Made by a program: the position numbers and the translations under genes. Under the pieces are notes generated by a model. It ran no database searches and was not told where the DNA came from. It was given only the letters and a program-made list of their open reading frames with translations. 64,000 nucleotides of DNA from a bacterium (GTDB lineage Bacteria > Electryoneota > Electryoneia > Electryoneales > Electryoneaceae), in NCBI GenBank assembly GCA_963669175.1, contig OY769902.1, positions 768,001 to 832,000 of the forward strand, read 5' to 3'. Shown here one piece after another: positions 47,409-60,500 of the stretch (position 1 is its first letter; each line of letters begins with the position of its first letter).

Positions 47409-49382
47409 ATGCAGGACAGGCAAGTAAAAGTGTTGATCATAGACGATGAAGAAGACTTACGCGTCAATATTCGGGATTTTCTCGAGGACAGCGACTACAT
47501 CGTATATGATGCTGAAGATGGTTTCAAAGGGTTGGAATTATTCAAAACATTTCAGCCGGATGTTGTTTTGAGCGATATACGGATGCCCGGAATTGACGGG
47601 TTATCCCTGCTGGAGTCCATTGTGGACATCTCTCCCGAAACCCCGGTTATTATGGTGTCGGGCATTGGAGATATAAAACAGGCAACCAGCACGATCAAAC
47701 TGGGCGCCTGGGATTACCTGGTCAAACCGATTGAAGATATGCATGATCTGGAGAAGGCAATCCAGAACGCATTACAAAAAGCCGCCAAACTTCACGAAAA
47801 ACACCATTCCCTGAAGCGCGTGAACGAACAGATCAACCTGCATGACCGTTTTCTGGCTCTGGAAAACAGGATGATCCAATTCGACAGTTTTGTCTCGTCA
47901 TCAGAAGACGCAATTCTTACCGTTTTTAATGATAAGGTAGCCACGGTTAATCCACAGGCGGTTGAAAAACTGCAATGCAATGGTGATACGCTGGTCAACC
48001 AGTCTGTTTCAGACGTGGGGTTCAAGCTGTCTGACGGCAATACGATCACTCTGGCTACCTTGCTGAAGCTTGCAGCCAAAAGCAACCAGTTTATAGACCT
48101 TGATTTTATTGATTGCTCGGGAAAACGAGTATCTGCTGAAATCCAGATAGTCGATATTCTGACCCCGGTGATTGATCAGCAACAACTTGTTATTATTCGT
48201 AATGTCACAGATAGAAAACAGCTGGAGCGTCAACTTCAACAGGCTCAACGTCTGGAGGCGATTGCACGTCTGGCTGGTGGGGTGGCGCATGATTTTAACA
48301 ATTTACTGACTGCCATATCCGGTAATGCCGAATTGACAAAGATAAACCTTCCCAACAATCATCCAGCGCTGACTTCTGTTGAGGAAATCCTGAAAACAAC
48401 AGAACGCGCCGGAAACCTGACCCGCCAATTGCTGACATATAGTCGCAACAAACCAGTTGAGCCTAAAATATTGAATATTAATAATATTGCATTAGATTTA
48501 AACAAAATGTTGACCAGGATTATCGGTGAAGATGTTCGTTTCACAACCCAACTGTATGCACAGCCTCTTTATACAAAAGCGGATCCCACACACTTGGAAC
48601 AGATCATTCTTAACCTTTGTGTGAATGCTCGAGACGCCATGCCGGAAGGGGGGCAGATTACCCTGCAAACCTATCCATGCGCCGGATGCGACGAGCGCAA
48701 ACTGTCCCACTTGTCCCTGGTTAAGGGGGCATACATCTGTATTAGTGTAGTAGATGAAGGAGTTGGCATTGATCAGGAAACCATGAAGAAAATATTTGAC
48801 CCCTTCTTTACCACAAAACCACAGGACAAGGGGACAGGTCTTGGGCTTGCAAATGTCTACAGTATCGTTACCCAGGCAGGAGGGGGAATAGATGTGGTCA
48901 GTGAGCCCGGCAAAGGTTCAGCTTTCACCATATATCTCCCGGATTTCTCTGATGCACGGGAAATTTCTGTACACAAAGAAGCAAAAATCCCGGATGTGAC
49001 AGGATCAGAAACCATCCTGATGGTTGAAGATGACGAGGACATTCTTAATATAACCAACCGTCTGCTGGAAAATAACGGCTATAAAGTACTTGCCTATTCC
49101 ACTCCTCAGGAAGCAATAAAGGATGTCACAGAGAAGAAAATGAAGTTTGATTTATTGATTACAGATGTGGTTATGGAAGGGTTGAACGGAATGCGATTAT
49201 CCGAAGAATTGCGAAAGCATTTTCCGAACATGCGAGTCATTTATATTTCAGGTTATTCTGGAGACAGTCTTCAAGGGTTGGATATTGATATTGCCGGCTC
49301 ATCATTTATGCAAAAGCCGTTTCGTCTACAGGCGCTTCTGGATGAAGTACGGAAAATTCTGGATATGAAGCTTATTCCATAA
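47409..49382 (+). CDS. Hybrid histidine kinase REC-PAS-HisKA-HATPase-REC
   Basis: AHDFNNLL, NLCVNARDAM, FDPFFTTK, GTGLGL; REC at both ends. Confidence 0.93.
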   Translation: MQDRQVKVLIIDDEEDLRVNIRDFLEDSDYIVYDAEDGFKGLELFKTFQPDVVLSDIRMPGIDGLSLLESIVDISPETPVIMVSGIGDIKQATSTIKLGAWDYLVKPIEDMHDLEKAIQNALQKAAKLHEKHHSLKRVNEQINLHDRFLALENRMIQFDSFVSSSEDAILTVFNDKVATVNPQAVEKLQCNGDTLVNQSVSDVGFKLSDGNTITLATLLKLAAKSNQFIDLDFIDCSGKRVSAEIQIVDILTPVIDQQQLVIIRNVTDRKQLERQLQQAQRLEAIARLAGGVAHDFNNLLTAISGNAELTKINLPNNHPALTSVEEILKTTERAGNLTRQLLTYSRNKPVEPKILNINNIALDLNKMLTRIIGEDVRFTTQLYAQPLYTKADPTHLEQIILNLCVNARDAMPEGGQITLQTYPCAGCDERKLSHLSLVKGAYICISVVDEGVGIDQETMKKIFDPFFTTKPQDKGTGLGLANVYSIVTQAGGGIDVVSEPGKGSAFTIYLPDFSDAREISVHKEAKIPDVTGSETILMVEDDEDILNITNRLLENNGYKVLAYSTPQEAIKDVTEKKMKFDLLITDVVMEGLNGMRLSEELRKHFPNMRVIYISGYSGDSLQGLDIDIAGSSFMQKPFRLQALLDEVRKILDMKLIP

Positions 49383-49411
49383 TGGCAGGTTATTTCATAA
49401 AAGACCCCAGA

Positions 49412-49795
49412 TTACTGCGGGGAAACTGCTGTCAGGATAGCGTCACGCAGGACCGACATGTCCTCGAGTGGTTTGGTAAATACATGATTCGGGGTCAGCC
49501 CGATTTCCTGCAAGTCTGCCGGAACGGAATAGGCTGTTGATCCCGTATGAACAAAAAAGACCAGGTCAGGAAATACTGCGCTGGCCCTTCTGATAAATTC
49601 ATTGCCATCCATACCGGGAAGCCGCATATCAACAATGCACGCGTCCACATGTTTGACGTGCAAAATATCCAGCGCGATTGCGGCGTTCGGGCATAGAACA
49701 GTATCGAACCCTTCATCCTCAAAGTAGTCACCCAGGCTGCGACGAACATCTTCTTCGTCATCAAGAATCAAAACCCGACAGGGTGTACTTGCCAT
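49412..49795 (-). CDS. Single-domain response regulator
   Basis: ILDDE, VDMRLPGMDG, HTG, FTKP. Confidence 0.88.
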   Translation of the reverse strand: MASTPCRVLILDDEEDVRRSLGDYFEDEGFDTVLCPNAAIALDILHVKHVDACIVDMRLPGMDGNEFIRRASAVFPDLVFFVHTGSTAYSVPADLQEIGLTPNHVFTKPLEDMSVLRDAILTAVSPQ

Positions 49796-52700
49796 CAGTT
49801 TACCTCCAGAGGTAAGTATACAGAAAATGTTGTTCCCTCTCCCGGTTGTGATTCAACTTCAAGTCGACCTTTATGGTTATCTGTGATGATAAAGTACGAA
49901 ACAGATAAACCAAGTCCGGTGCCTTCTCCAACCGGTTTGGTGGTAAAGAATGGCTCAAATACTTTCCTGCGTGCCTCTTCAGATATCCCCGGTCCATTAT
50001 CAGCAATATCAATCCGAACAAAAGGAGCGTCAAAACTGGTCCTGATGGCGATGTGTGCCTTTCTTGTCATTTCACTGTTGGCGATTGCCTGGGCGGCATT
50101 CTTAATGATATTAAGGAAAACTTGTTGAATTTTCTGTCGTTCACAAACAACTCCGGGTAAATCCTCCTCGAATTCATAGACAACCTCAATATTTCTGAAA
50201 TCGTATTTTTTCTTCAGGTCATAATCGTTGGCAGCCAGTTCTACCGTTTCAGTCAGCAACTGTGGTATTACAACAGTAGTAAATGATGCGTCGCTTTTTC
50301 GGCTGAAACTCAGCATGTTCCGGACGATATCCGAAGATCGCAACCCAGCTCGTCGGATATTGTCGATGTACCTGTACAATCCCCGGTTCTCCAGGTAGGC
50401 TTTTACCTGTAAAAGGTCAATCCCCATTTCTTCTGCTACCTGGATGTTTTTAGGGAGGTCCGGGGAAGTACGACGTTCCATATTTTGAATACTTTGCAGA
50501 ATAATGCCGAGCGGATTGTTTATCTCGTGCGCAAGCCCCGCAGCCAATCCACCAACAGACATCATTTTTTCGGTCTGAATCATCATTTCTTCGAGTCGAA
50601 CACGTTCTGTAACATCATCCAGCCGAATAACAGCTCCGTCTATACCACTGGAAATGAGTGGATATACAGTTGTATTAACAACCCTGTCACCCTTGCTTCC
50701 AAGCAGTTTGGTTTTCGATTCGAAAATCGGTTCATGATTTTCCAGGGCCAACATCATTTTTTCAATTATTCTGCTGTTCTCCGGGAATATATCTGAGAGT
50801 TTCTTGTTTCTTACTTCATGTTCTTCCTTGTCGAGCAACCGTTCTGCTTCCCGGTTCCACTGGGTGATGTAGCCATTTTCATCCAGGCCGATAATCGCAG
50901 ACGGCATAGAGTCTACAATATTGCTCAGGTAGTTTCTTAATTTTCTGAGCTCTATCTCGCTCTGTTTTCTTTCCGTGATGTCGTTCAGCGAGGTCATAAT
51001 CATCTTGATGTTGCTTTCCGGGGCTTGGATTGGCGCAGCAATGACATCCATCCACATCTTGGTGCCATTGGGCATGATGTAGGGCCATTCATCCCTGTAG
51101 CCACTGATAGTGCCCTCCATCATGTCGTGATATATTTTCTTCCTCCTTTCAAGTTCGATGGGAGGGGTAAAATCATATATGTTCTTTTGCATCATCTCTT
51201 CATAGCCTAATCCGGCCCACTGAAGAACCGTATTATTCACATCGAAAAATGTATTCCTGGTGTCATGAAGTACTATGCCAAGAGCAGAGCTGTTAAAGAT
51301 GGTTCTGAATTTGGATTCGCTGTTGACAATTTCCTCGTGATGAACACGGTTGACATGTGCATTGATCAGAATGAAGGCAACAGTTTTCAGGAAACTGATT
51401 TCTTCATCGGTCCAGACACGTCCCCTTTCGGCTGTAGCAACCCCCATAAACCCAAATACTTTTCCCCGCAGTTCCATGGGTATATCCAACATGGAGCCAA
51501 CACCAATACCGCTGAAAAAGGTGTATCCCTTCGGGTTGGCATCCTTGATTTCTTGAATATCGCTTGTCGGTTTTACACGGTTGTCGAGCAAACCGGCAAT
51601 CCAATCCTCAGCCATTTCTATCGGAAAATCCTGATCGGTTTCGAAATCCATGTGGATAGCATCATTCTTCCAGAAATGGGTCAGTCTAATTCGGCGGTTT
51701 TCATCTTTGAAGTGGAAGAGGTAACAAGCGTCCACTTCAAGCAGCGCTGCCACCTGCGAAAGAGCCTCATCCATGCTGTCGTCATATTCTTCAGGATCAA
51801 CATTCAGGAAGCGAAGTGTGATATTCGAAAACAGGCTTTCTTCATCACGCCTGCGTCGAAGCTCTCTTTCCAACCTTACATGATGGCTTACATCACGGAC
51901 AATGGCTTGCAGAAAAGCTTCGTCTTTGATCTCGAACCTGTTCAGACTGACTTCGGCATCGAAGGGGATTCCAGCAAAGGTACAATGGGTCCAGGCAAAT
52001 ACCTGGGGGCCATCATGGTATGCTTTCTGGATGTAATGTCTTGATTTTTCAACAGAATTTGTGCCGTCATTCTGGGTTGGGGGGGAGAATCTGAAAGGAG
52101 ACTGATCCACAATATCTTCACGTGTACATTCAAACAGATCGAGGGTTTTCTGGTTGCAGTCAATAAATTTATCGTCCTGCATGATGAAAATTGCGTCATT
52201 TGCTGACTCGAACAGGGTCCGGAACCTGTTTTCACTTTCGAGAACACGTTGTTCTGCAAGGTAGCGTTCGGTAATCTCACGTGCCGAAACAACAACATAA
52301 ATGACATCGTTGTTATCGTCGAGAATCGGATATACAGCATTTTCGGTAACATGCAGAGTGCCACGATTGTCGGTTTCAACAGCAGTAAACGAATTTTTAA
52401 TTCCACCCGCAGCCAGTTTGACGGCTCTTTCTGCCTGGGTTGCGTATTCCGGATCTGGCCAGATTGTCGCATCCCAGAATTTCATGTCTTCATGGTTAAT
52501 ACCATGCGAGTCAAAAAGATCTCCAATGTTTTTGTTATGGTCAACGATGTAACCATCAACAGATAATAAAAAATTGAACAGCGCAGAGTGGTCGAAAATT
52601 GCACGGAAAATATTTGCTTTCTCCCTGGCTGCCAGCTCATTCTTTTTCAGATCTGTAATGTCCCTGCCTTCGGGGATCAGGTATAGAATGTTTCCGCTAT

Positions 52701-53610
52701 GGTCGCGATAAGGAGAAATAGAGAAATCAAATATTCGGAATTTTCCTTCTCTGTCAAGGTGAATCGCTTCAAACTGAACCTGTTGCCCAGCGATTGCTTT
52801 CTGGATTGCCTCGTTCAGATTCTCACGCTGTTCCTCAAGGCTCTGCCACCAGGGAGTATCACAGAAGTGCCGCCCGATAACCTCTTCACGCTTCGCATCG
52901 ATAAAAGTCAGCGCTGATTGATTTACTTCAAGTAATTTCCCTTTTGCATCCAGAAGACCGATAAATTGAAAAGACTGGTTAAACATTGCCGCGAGACGCA
53001 GTTCCCTGTCCTGCAAGTTTGAAATGGTTGTGGAAAGGTGTTCGCGTAACTTGTGTAATATATACAGAAACAGGCATGAAAACCACAGAAAACCAACGAC
53101 CAGATGAAGCCACGCAGAAAAGGAAACAGCATATTCGCCGGCGTCAAAATTATATTCGATTTTGCCTGAAACATAACCATAGGCAAGAAAAACTGCGCCG
53201 AGTAATCCGAAAAGCAGGTAGACAACACTGTACGTCAGGTTCAGTACCAACCCAACCATGACAATTGGAACAATCATTGTCACATAGCCAAGCCCAAGCA
53301 ATCCCCAGATATATAGCCCGCTGAGGCCATATAGCATGGCGCCTGTCATGATCAGGTGAATGCGCGCGTTGAAGCTGAATACACCCTTGAACAGGATGGG
53401 AATGAAAATCAACGAAAGAAAACTGATTTGTATAAGCGAGGGTAATTGAAAACCATGCTCAACCAGGCGATATAATTGCACTACCACTGTAGGAATCAAT
53501 GCGATGCCAAACACGATGGCAACTTTGTCAAAAAGCGCTTTCAACGCTTCAGGCGAATTACTGGTTGTATGCAGGCTTTTACTGAAATGAAAAAACTGGT
53601 TGTGGGACAT
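49795..53610 (-). CDS. Membrane multi-PAS/GAF sensor histidine kinase
   Basis: About 6 N-terminal TMs, about 5 PAS and 1 GAF; AHEINNPL, NIIKNAAQA, FEPFFTTK, GTGLGL. Confidence 0.93.
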   Translation of the reverse strand: MSHNQFFHFSKSLHTTSNSPEALKALFDKVAIVFGIALIPTVVVQLYRLVEHGFQLPSLIQISFLSLIFIPILFKGVFSFNARIHLIMTGAMLYGLSGLYIWGLLGLGYVTMIVPIVMVGLVLNLTYSVVYLLFGLLGAVFLAYGYVSGKIEYNFDAGEYAVSFSAWLHLVVGFLWFSCLFLYILHKLREHLSTTISNLQDRELRLAAMFNQSFQFIGLLDAKGKLLEVNQSALTFIDAKREEVIGRHFCDTPWWQSLEEQRENLNEAIQKAIAGQQVQFEAIHLDREGKFRIFDFSISPYRDHSGNILYLIPEGRDITDLKKNELAAREKANIFRAIFDHSALFNFLLSVDGYIVDHNKNIGDLFDSHGINHEDMKFWDATIWPDPEYATQAERAVKLAAGGIKNSFTAVETDNRGTLHVTENAVYPILDDNNDVIYVVVSAREITERYLAEQRVLESENRFRTLFESANDAIFIMQDDKFIDCNQKTLDLFECTREDIVDQSPFRFSPPTQNDGTNSVEKSRHYIQKAYHDGPQVFAWTHCTFAGIPFDAEVSLNRFEIKDEAFLQAIVRDVSHHVRLERELRRRRDEESLFSNITLRFLNVDPEEYDDSMDEALSQVAALLEVDACYLFHFKDENRRIRLTHFWKNDAIHMDFETDQDFPIEMAEDWIAGLLDNRVKPTSDIQEIKDANPKGYTFFSGIGVGSMLDIPMELRGKVFGFMGVATAERGRVWTDEEISFLKTVAFILINAHVNRVHHEEIVNSESKFRTIFNSSALGIVLHDTRNTFFDVNNTVLQWAGLGYEEMMQKNIYDFTPPIELERRKKIYHDMMEGTISGYRDEWPYIMPNGTKMWMDVIAAPIQAPESNIKMIMTSLNDITERKQSEIELRKLRNYLSNIVDSMPSAIIGLDENGYITQWNREAERLLDKEEHEVRNKKLSDIFPENSRIIEKMMLALENHEPIFESKTKLLGSKGDRVVNTTVYPLISSGIDGAVIRLDDVTERVRLEEMMIQTEKMMSVGGLAAGLAHEINNPLGIILQSIQNMERRTSPDLPKNIQVAEEMGIDLLQVKAYLENRGLYRYIDNIRRAGLRSSDIVRNMLSFSRKSDASFTTVVIPQLLTETVELAANDYDLKKKYDFRNIEVVYEFEEDLPGVVCERQKIQQVFLNIIKNAAQAIANSEMTRKAHIAIRTSFDAPFVRIDIADNGPGISEEARRKVFEPFFTTKPVGEGTGLGLSVSYFIITDNHKGRLEVESQPGEGTTFSVYLPLEVN

Positions 53611-53922
53611 CCTGACCTCTAACCGGACAGTGGGAGCTAAGGAAAATCCTTCCAGATAATATACGATATCAACTCACCAGTTCAGAGGTCACAGGCACAT
53701 TAAGGACAGCTTGCAGGGGAAACTCCAGGCTTGTTGAATATTTCCAGGTATACAATGGAGTAAAACAACGGCGCTGTTGATGCACCCCTCAATATTGCTT
53801 CCTCTCAAGATTGACAAGGCAATCAAGCGAGTTGTCAAAATGTCAACGTGTTAAAAATAATGGTGCTTCGCTGTTTTGTGTGGGTCGTCAATACTATGAT
53901 CACATATCGAAACTTACCGCCA

Positions 53923-53966
53923 TGTCATCCCGGAAACACTGCCGTTTAGCGTTGTCCGGGATCTAC
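53923..53966. repeat. GTCATCCCG-type REP unit (intact)
   Basis: TGTCATCCCGGAAACACTGCCGTTTAGCGTTGTCCGGGATCTAC. Confidence 0.8.
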
Positions 53967-54520
53967 GCCTCATGACACTCACACCATTGCTGGTTACGAG
54001 AATCCCAGCCACAGTATTCCTCTTTTCTTTAACGGGGAAAGTTCTGGTAGACTCATCAGATGTGCGTACCCTTCGGGGACGATTGGTGTGGTAGTCCTTG
54101 TATGCCCGAGGGGTACACACCCGCACTATTCAAGTTTCACCTCTTCGAGGTGAGTTGGCAGGCTTTAGCATTAATCACATAGTATTCAACCATTGGTCTA
54201 TCCATTCGAAACAGCGAAGAACCAAAATAATTATAAAGCCAGTTTGTGAAACGGTCCATAAAAAACTGACAATTTGCAAGCGTCTATTTGTCAGTTTGTG
54301 TGTCAGCAAACTTTGGCAATGAACACAAAATATACAATGGGTCAATTAAGTGGTTGTCATTATGTAAATTACAATTGAGTCTTTTTTATACAAAGATTAT
54401 TTTCTTCCAGGCACGACAACATTGTTAAATATTTCAATACTATTGTCAAAATCTTGACTGCTGTTTGATGGGCATCCTATTTTAACGAACACCCGATGCC
54501 ATGAGAGGAGAATCAAGACG

Positions 54521-57500
54521 ATGAGATGCCTTCCGTTTGTTTTAGTGTTATGCATCTGCAGCGCAGCATTTGCCCAGTTTTATCCGCCAGAGCAGAGCTG
54601 GGTAGAATCCGTTGATATTCCCGGCGATGGGGAATATACACCTTCTGCCATTATCTCCCTTGGTGATGCAGCAAGCAGTGATCTGGTTGTGAGTGGTTAC
54701 CAGCTTCCTTTTGTACCCTATGATATCCATCCAAGGTCAGCAGTACTGCTTCGATTAGACCATAATGGGGATACCTTGTTCACGAGCAACAGTGGGGAGG
54801 CGTATTACAGCCCATTTGTTCTCCCATTCCTGAATGGGTCTGTTGTCTCCGGATATACCCAGACATCCCAGTTCACACGTTACATCGATAATACGGGCGC
54901 CATCATCTGGTCCCAGGATGTTCAGCACGAGAACATGCACACGGTACTGGATTTCTGCAAGACAGCGACAGAACAGTATTGCATTTCTTTGCTGGAAGAC
55001 ACCGAAGGCGAGTCCAACCATGCAGTCCAGGTTGTTGATGCTAATGGTGACAGTGTCTGTTTCTACGAATTGAATGATAATGCTGGAGCAGTGGCCTACC
55101 GTACCGGATCAAACCTCCTTTTGACCACGGACAATGATTTGAATGGGCAACTGAAATTGACCTGTTATGATTTCCTGTTCGACATCGTCTTGTGGGATGT
55201 GTACTTCAGCGATTTGACCATGTGCAGTGATATTGTCCGTGTTGCCAATGACCGTTTTGTTCTGCTGGCCGACGAGCTGGTAGGGATTAACCATTATGGA
55301 GATGTTCTCTGGACCAGGGACATAGTTGCTCACAGGGGACGGTTGCGTAGCGATGGGTCTGTTGTCGTCTTGAATGATGATACAGGCGAAGCAACCCTGA
55401 TCGACGAAAACGGCAATATCATCTGGTCTTTTATTCCCGTTGAAGATTTGGGATCCTGCAACTCTTTTGATGTGGACATCAATGACGGCAACCTGGTAGT
55501 CATGAGCCAGGAGCTCTTCTATTCAAATACAGAAATCCGCAGTTTCAGCAACAGTATGGCATTGGAACATCACTATACCTGTGTCGAGGAAACAGGTCAA
55601 CATTATGATATTATTATTGATACGGTGTACTTTGCAGAAGATGTAGACCCAGAAAAAATCCACTACTATTACAACGAAATCGGGATTTTTGACGGCGATC
55701 TCTGTGTCGGAAACAGTTTCCTGGGCAATTCTTACGACGGCATTCGAGCCTGGGAGGGAGATCCGGGCTTCCAACCGGGAAACACGATCGATTACCGTTT
55801 CTATCAGCGTTGGGAAAACAATTGTGAACTGGTAGTGGATTCCGTGATTTACAACTTGGGCAATGGCACATTCGGATATGGAGATCATGCGGAAGTATCG
55901 CTCTATGTCAGTCCCGCGCCGGCGCTGGTCGAATTTGAGCTGCAAACACCGGCATACGATCAACTGTTGTACGACAACACAGTAACATTCCGTTGGGATA
56001 GCGCCCGGAATCCTGATTTCCCGGAAGAGGTCACGTATGACTTCTATCTTTCGACACGTGCTGACAGCCTGGGTGAGCCTTTTGCTTCTACATCGGAGAC
56101 CTTCTATACCACCACCCTGCTCCCAGACATCTATTACTGGACAGTAGTTGCAAAAGATGAAAGTGATTTGGAAATAGCCGCGCCGGATACCAACCGGGTG
56201 TATGTCCAGATACTAACCAACACACACATCCATGGCAGCCTGGGACCGGGCGCTCTATACGTTCCAACACATATCAGCTTCACCGAAACGGATTCCATGA
56301 TTCTGAATCCCGGCACATATCTGCTGTTCCATGATGGCGTTCAGTTTGATGCGTCAGCGGGTTATCTGCAATCAATGGGGACTGTGTCAGATAGCATTTA
56401 CTTTACAACGGTCGATAACGCCACTTTCCGTGGCGATATGACTCTTGGCGAGCATTTCCGTGCAGCCTACACTGTACTGGAACGGTGCAATACTCAAACG
56501 CAACTGACTTGCAGTACAGAAGATACAGTTCTGCAGCATTGTGACATCCGGAACAGCATCACCAATGGCGGCATTATTATCAGCGGAAATCCGATTATCA
56601 CGGATTGTGTTTTTCGTAATAATCAATGTTCACTCAGGTCAGAGACTGGCGCTGGCTTAACCATCACAAATGGACGCCCCAGGATCTACAACACGGTTAT
56701 CCGGGACAATGAGAGAACGACATATTTTTATGGTGGTGGCGCCACGGTAGGCGAAAATGCGTTTCCCGAGTTTTACAATGCTCACTTTTGCAACAACAGG
56801 GTAAGCTATCCTTCTTCGGGCAATGGTGGCGGATTGGCGGTCACCACCGGTGGTAGCGCTTTGTTGGTTGACTGCTTGTTGGATTCCAACCACAGCAACA
56901 ACTATGGTGGTGGTATCTATATGGGCGGGGATTCATTGATTATCCGGAACTGCCAGCTTACGAACAATTCCGGTTCAATTGGTGGTGGTATAGCTATCCG
57001 TAATGGCGCCGTGATTATTGATTCGACAGATATGGTCCATAATGATGTGTACACCAATGGGGGCGGTGTGTACGCTTCAGCAACAAGCAGCGCCTACCGT
57101 TATTCCTTAAGCATGCAAAACTCTACAATTTCACACAACAGTTCCGGCACATCTGGTGGAGGATTGGCGCTATACAGCAGCTCCAACCCGTTGTCAGAAG
57201 CGACAATTGAAAACTGTCACATCGATGAAAATACAGGAGAATATGGCGCCTGTATGCGAGTGAGTGGTGAAGTTGTCATTAACATGAACTACTGTACCTT
57301 CGACTATAATTTTATTGATGGAAACAGCTATACGGATCCTGTCTTTTTTATAAACGAGGTTGAATCCATTACTTTCTCACACTGTAATATTCTAAATCAT
57401 GAAATCAACTATTTGTTTTCTGGAGCAATGAACGATGATGCCACAGTCAATATGAATAATAGTTGTATTGTCAACAACAACAACCTGGTTTATGATGACC

Positions 57501-60500
57501 GTGTAGAATTCGAAGTAACCCATTGTTTATTCTACGATAATGTTGAATCATACCCGGACGGTATTGGCGGTTTGACTCAGGTTAATGCGAACGGCGATTC
57601 CTGCGACGTCAATTATAACCTGTTCCTGAACCCGCAATTCGTGTATCCGGATACAGGGAATTACCAGCTTCAAGCTTCATCGCCATGTGTAGATGCCGGT
57701 GACCCCGAAAGTCCAAATGACCCCGACGGGTCCATTGCCGATATCGGTGTGTATCCGTTGGACACGGATATTCCCACGCCTCCTTCATCGTTTGTGTTGA
57801 TCTCACCGGCCGATGACGACACAATACGGGTCAACGAAACCACGCTGGTCTGGCAACAAGCGTATGACCGTAATCCAGAGGATAGCGAGTTACACTACGA
57901 TGTGCTGGTGAGCCACAATGCTGACCTGTCGGATGGCTGGTATGTCGCGGAGGGAATCACAGACACAACATTCTCGCTGCCCCTCGATGATGATCAGACG
58001 TATTACTGGACAGTGCATGCTGTAGACAGCAACACGGATGGTACCTGGGCAAGCAGTGTATTCTCTTTCAACACCTTTATCCTCGATGCGCCGGGAGTAT
58101 TTACCCAGTTGCTGCCGACTGATGGGCAAACTGTCCATAACGACACGGTGAAAGTTGTCTGGTCAACCTCTGTGGAGGTCGATCCAGGCGATTATGTAAC
58201 CTATGCCCTGGAGTGGAGTACCTATGAATCATTTACAGAGTACTATAGCGGTTTTACGGGTGATACCTGTTGCACCCTGACAAACCTGGCGGATATCCTC
58301 GCCGGAACACGTGAAGCTCCCCTGGGTGAAGATAGTCAATCCCCGGGATTCGTGGGAAATTCGATTTCATTCCATTCTTCAGATGCTTCCCGCCAGTCGA
58401 ATGATGCCGGTCTGCGCGCCCGGCAGATAACACTGTCCGGCTCGAGGGGGCAGCGTGGCAATGTATCCGGCGCAAACGAGCTGGATGAGTTACCGGATGA
58501 TCAAACTATTTACTGGCGTGTGCGTGCATTTGATCAACATAATTTGAGCACGTGGGCTAACGCCGGTGAAGATGGCTGGTCCTTCCATGTAGACGAGTAC
58601 CAGCGTCCGGAAGGGTTGAGTTTGCTCGAACCTGCAGACGAAGCTGTAATCAACGGGTTGTCCGCTACACTCTGTTGGGAAGCGGCCACAGATCCAGATC
58701 CTTACGATACGCCGCATTATGATGTCTGGCTTGGTACGGAAGAATCCTTTGAAGAAGCCACGTTGATTGGCGACAGCATAGAAGCTATCTCGATTGAAGT
58801 GGATGAGTTGACAGACGATCAGACGTATTACTGGAAGGTTCGTGCGACAGATAGCAACACTGAAGGAATATGGTCGGATGTCTATTCCTTCAGCACCTAC
58901 ATGGTGTCACCTCCTGCGCCTTTCCAAATGGTAGCTCCGGTTGATGGCAGTGTAGAAAATGCCTATTCAGTAACCTTGACCTGGGAAGCGACAACCGACC
59001 CCGACCCTGACGATGAATTCAGCTATGAAGTCGAATGGTCACTGGATGCCGGTTTCGAAAACAGCATGTCAGCCACGACAACCGAAACATCCTGGCTGAT
59101 CGAGGATGTACCGCAGCTCCTCGCTGGCGGATTAGGTAACAACGGAACATCACTGCAAACAGATGCTCCGGCCGGTTTTGGCGGCGCGACAAGAAACTCG
59201 ACACTTGATGAACTGGATGACTTGCCGGACGACAATATCATTTACTGGCGGGTGAAGGCGGTTGATAATCATGACAGCCTGTGTTGGGCCAACGATGATG
59301 CGGCGGGCTGGTCGTTCAGCGTGGATGTGATGCAAGCGCCGTTGGCATTTGAACTGAGTGAACCGGCAGATGGAACCGTGATCAACGGGTTGTCCGCTAC
59401 GCTCAGTTGGGAAACGACTACCGATCCAGATCCTTACGATACGCCGCATTATGATGTCTGGCTTAGTACGGAAGAATCCTTTGAAGAAGCCACATTGATC
59501 GGTGACAGCATCACGGCTATCTCGATCGAAGTACCCGAACTGGCAGACGATCAGACCTATTATTGGAAAGTCCGTGCCACCGACAGCAACACAAGCGGGA
59601 CATGGTCGGAAGTATACTCCTTCAGCACTTATGAAATGGAACCACCTGCCCCATTTGCATTGTTAACCCCAGCGAATGGTGGAATGGAACATGGGTATTC
59701 GGCGACATTGACCTGGGAAGCTACGACAGATCCGGACCCGGATGATGAGTTCCACTACGAAGTGGAATGGTCACTGGATGACGATTTCGAAGCCAGCATG
59801 TCAGCAACCACTACCGAAACATCCTGGCTGATCGAAGATGTACCCCAACTCCTCGCTGGCGGATTACGTAACAACGGAACATCACCGCAAACGCATGCCC
59901 CGGCCGGGTTTGGCGGCGAGACAATGAACTCGACACTTGATGAACTGGATGACTTGCCGGACGACAATGTCATTTACTGGCGGGTGAAGGCGGTTGATAA
60001 TCACGATAGCCTGCGTTGGGCCAACGATGATGCAACGGGCTGGTCCTTTACTGTGGACGTGTACCAGGCGCCGGAAGCATTCAGTCTGCTGAGTCCGGTT
60101 TCAGAGGATACATTCTGGAACCTGGAAGCGACCCTGACCTGGGAAGAAACCACAGATCCGGACCCATACGATACGCCCACCTATACTGTCTACATGGGTA
60201 CGTCGGAAGAACTGACTGACGATGACATCATCGCCGAAGACCTGGAAACGACTTCCTTTATCCAAACTAATCTGGATGATGATACGGAGTATTTCTGGAC
60301 TATTCATGCCAACGACAGCAATACGGACGGAACCGATGCCAGTCAGGTGTGGTCGTTCAGGTCTTATCTCGTAGAACCGCCGGATGCGTTTGATCTGGGT
60401 GAACCCGAAAATGAAGCCGTTTTGGCTGAAGACATTGTCACCATTACATGGTACCCCGCATCCGATCCCGATCCGGGTGATGCTGTTGTTTACGAAGTGG

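Noticed and set aside
54408-54425. GGCACG as a sigma54 promoter for the giant gene
   Set aside because: No GC at the -12 position (GG-N10-TT)
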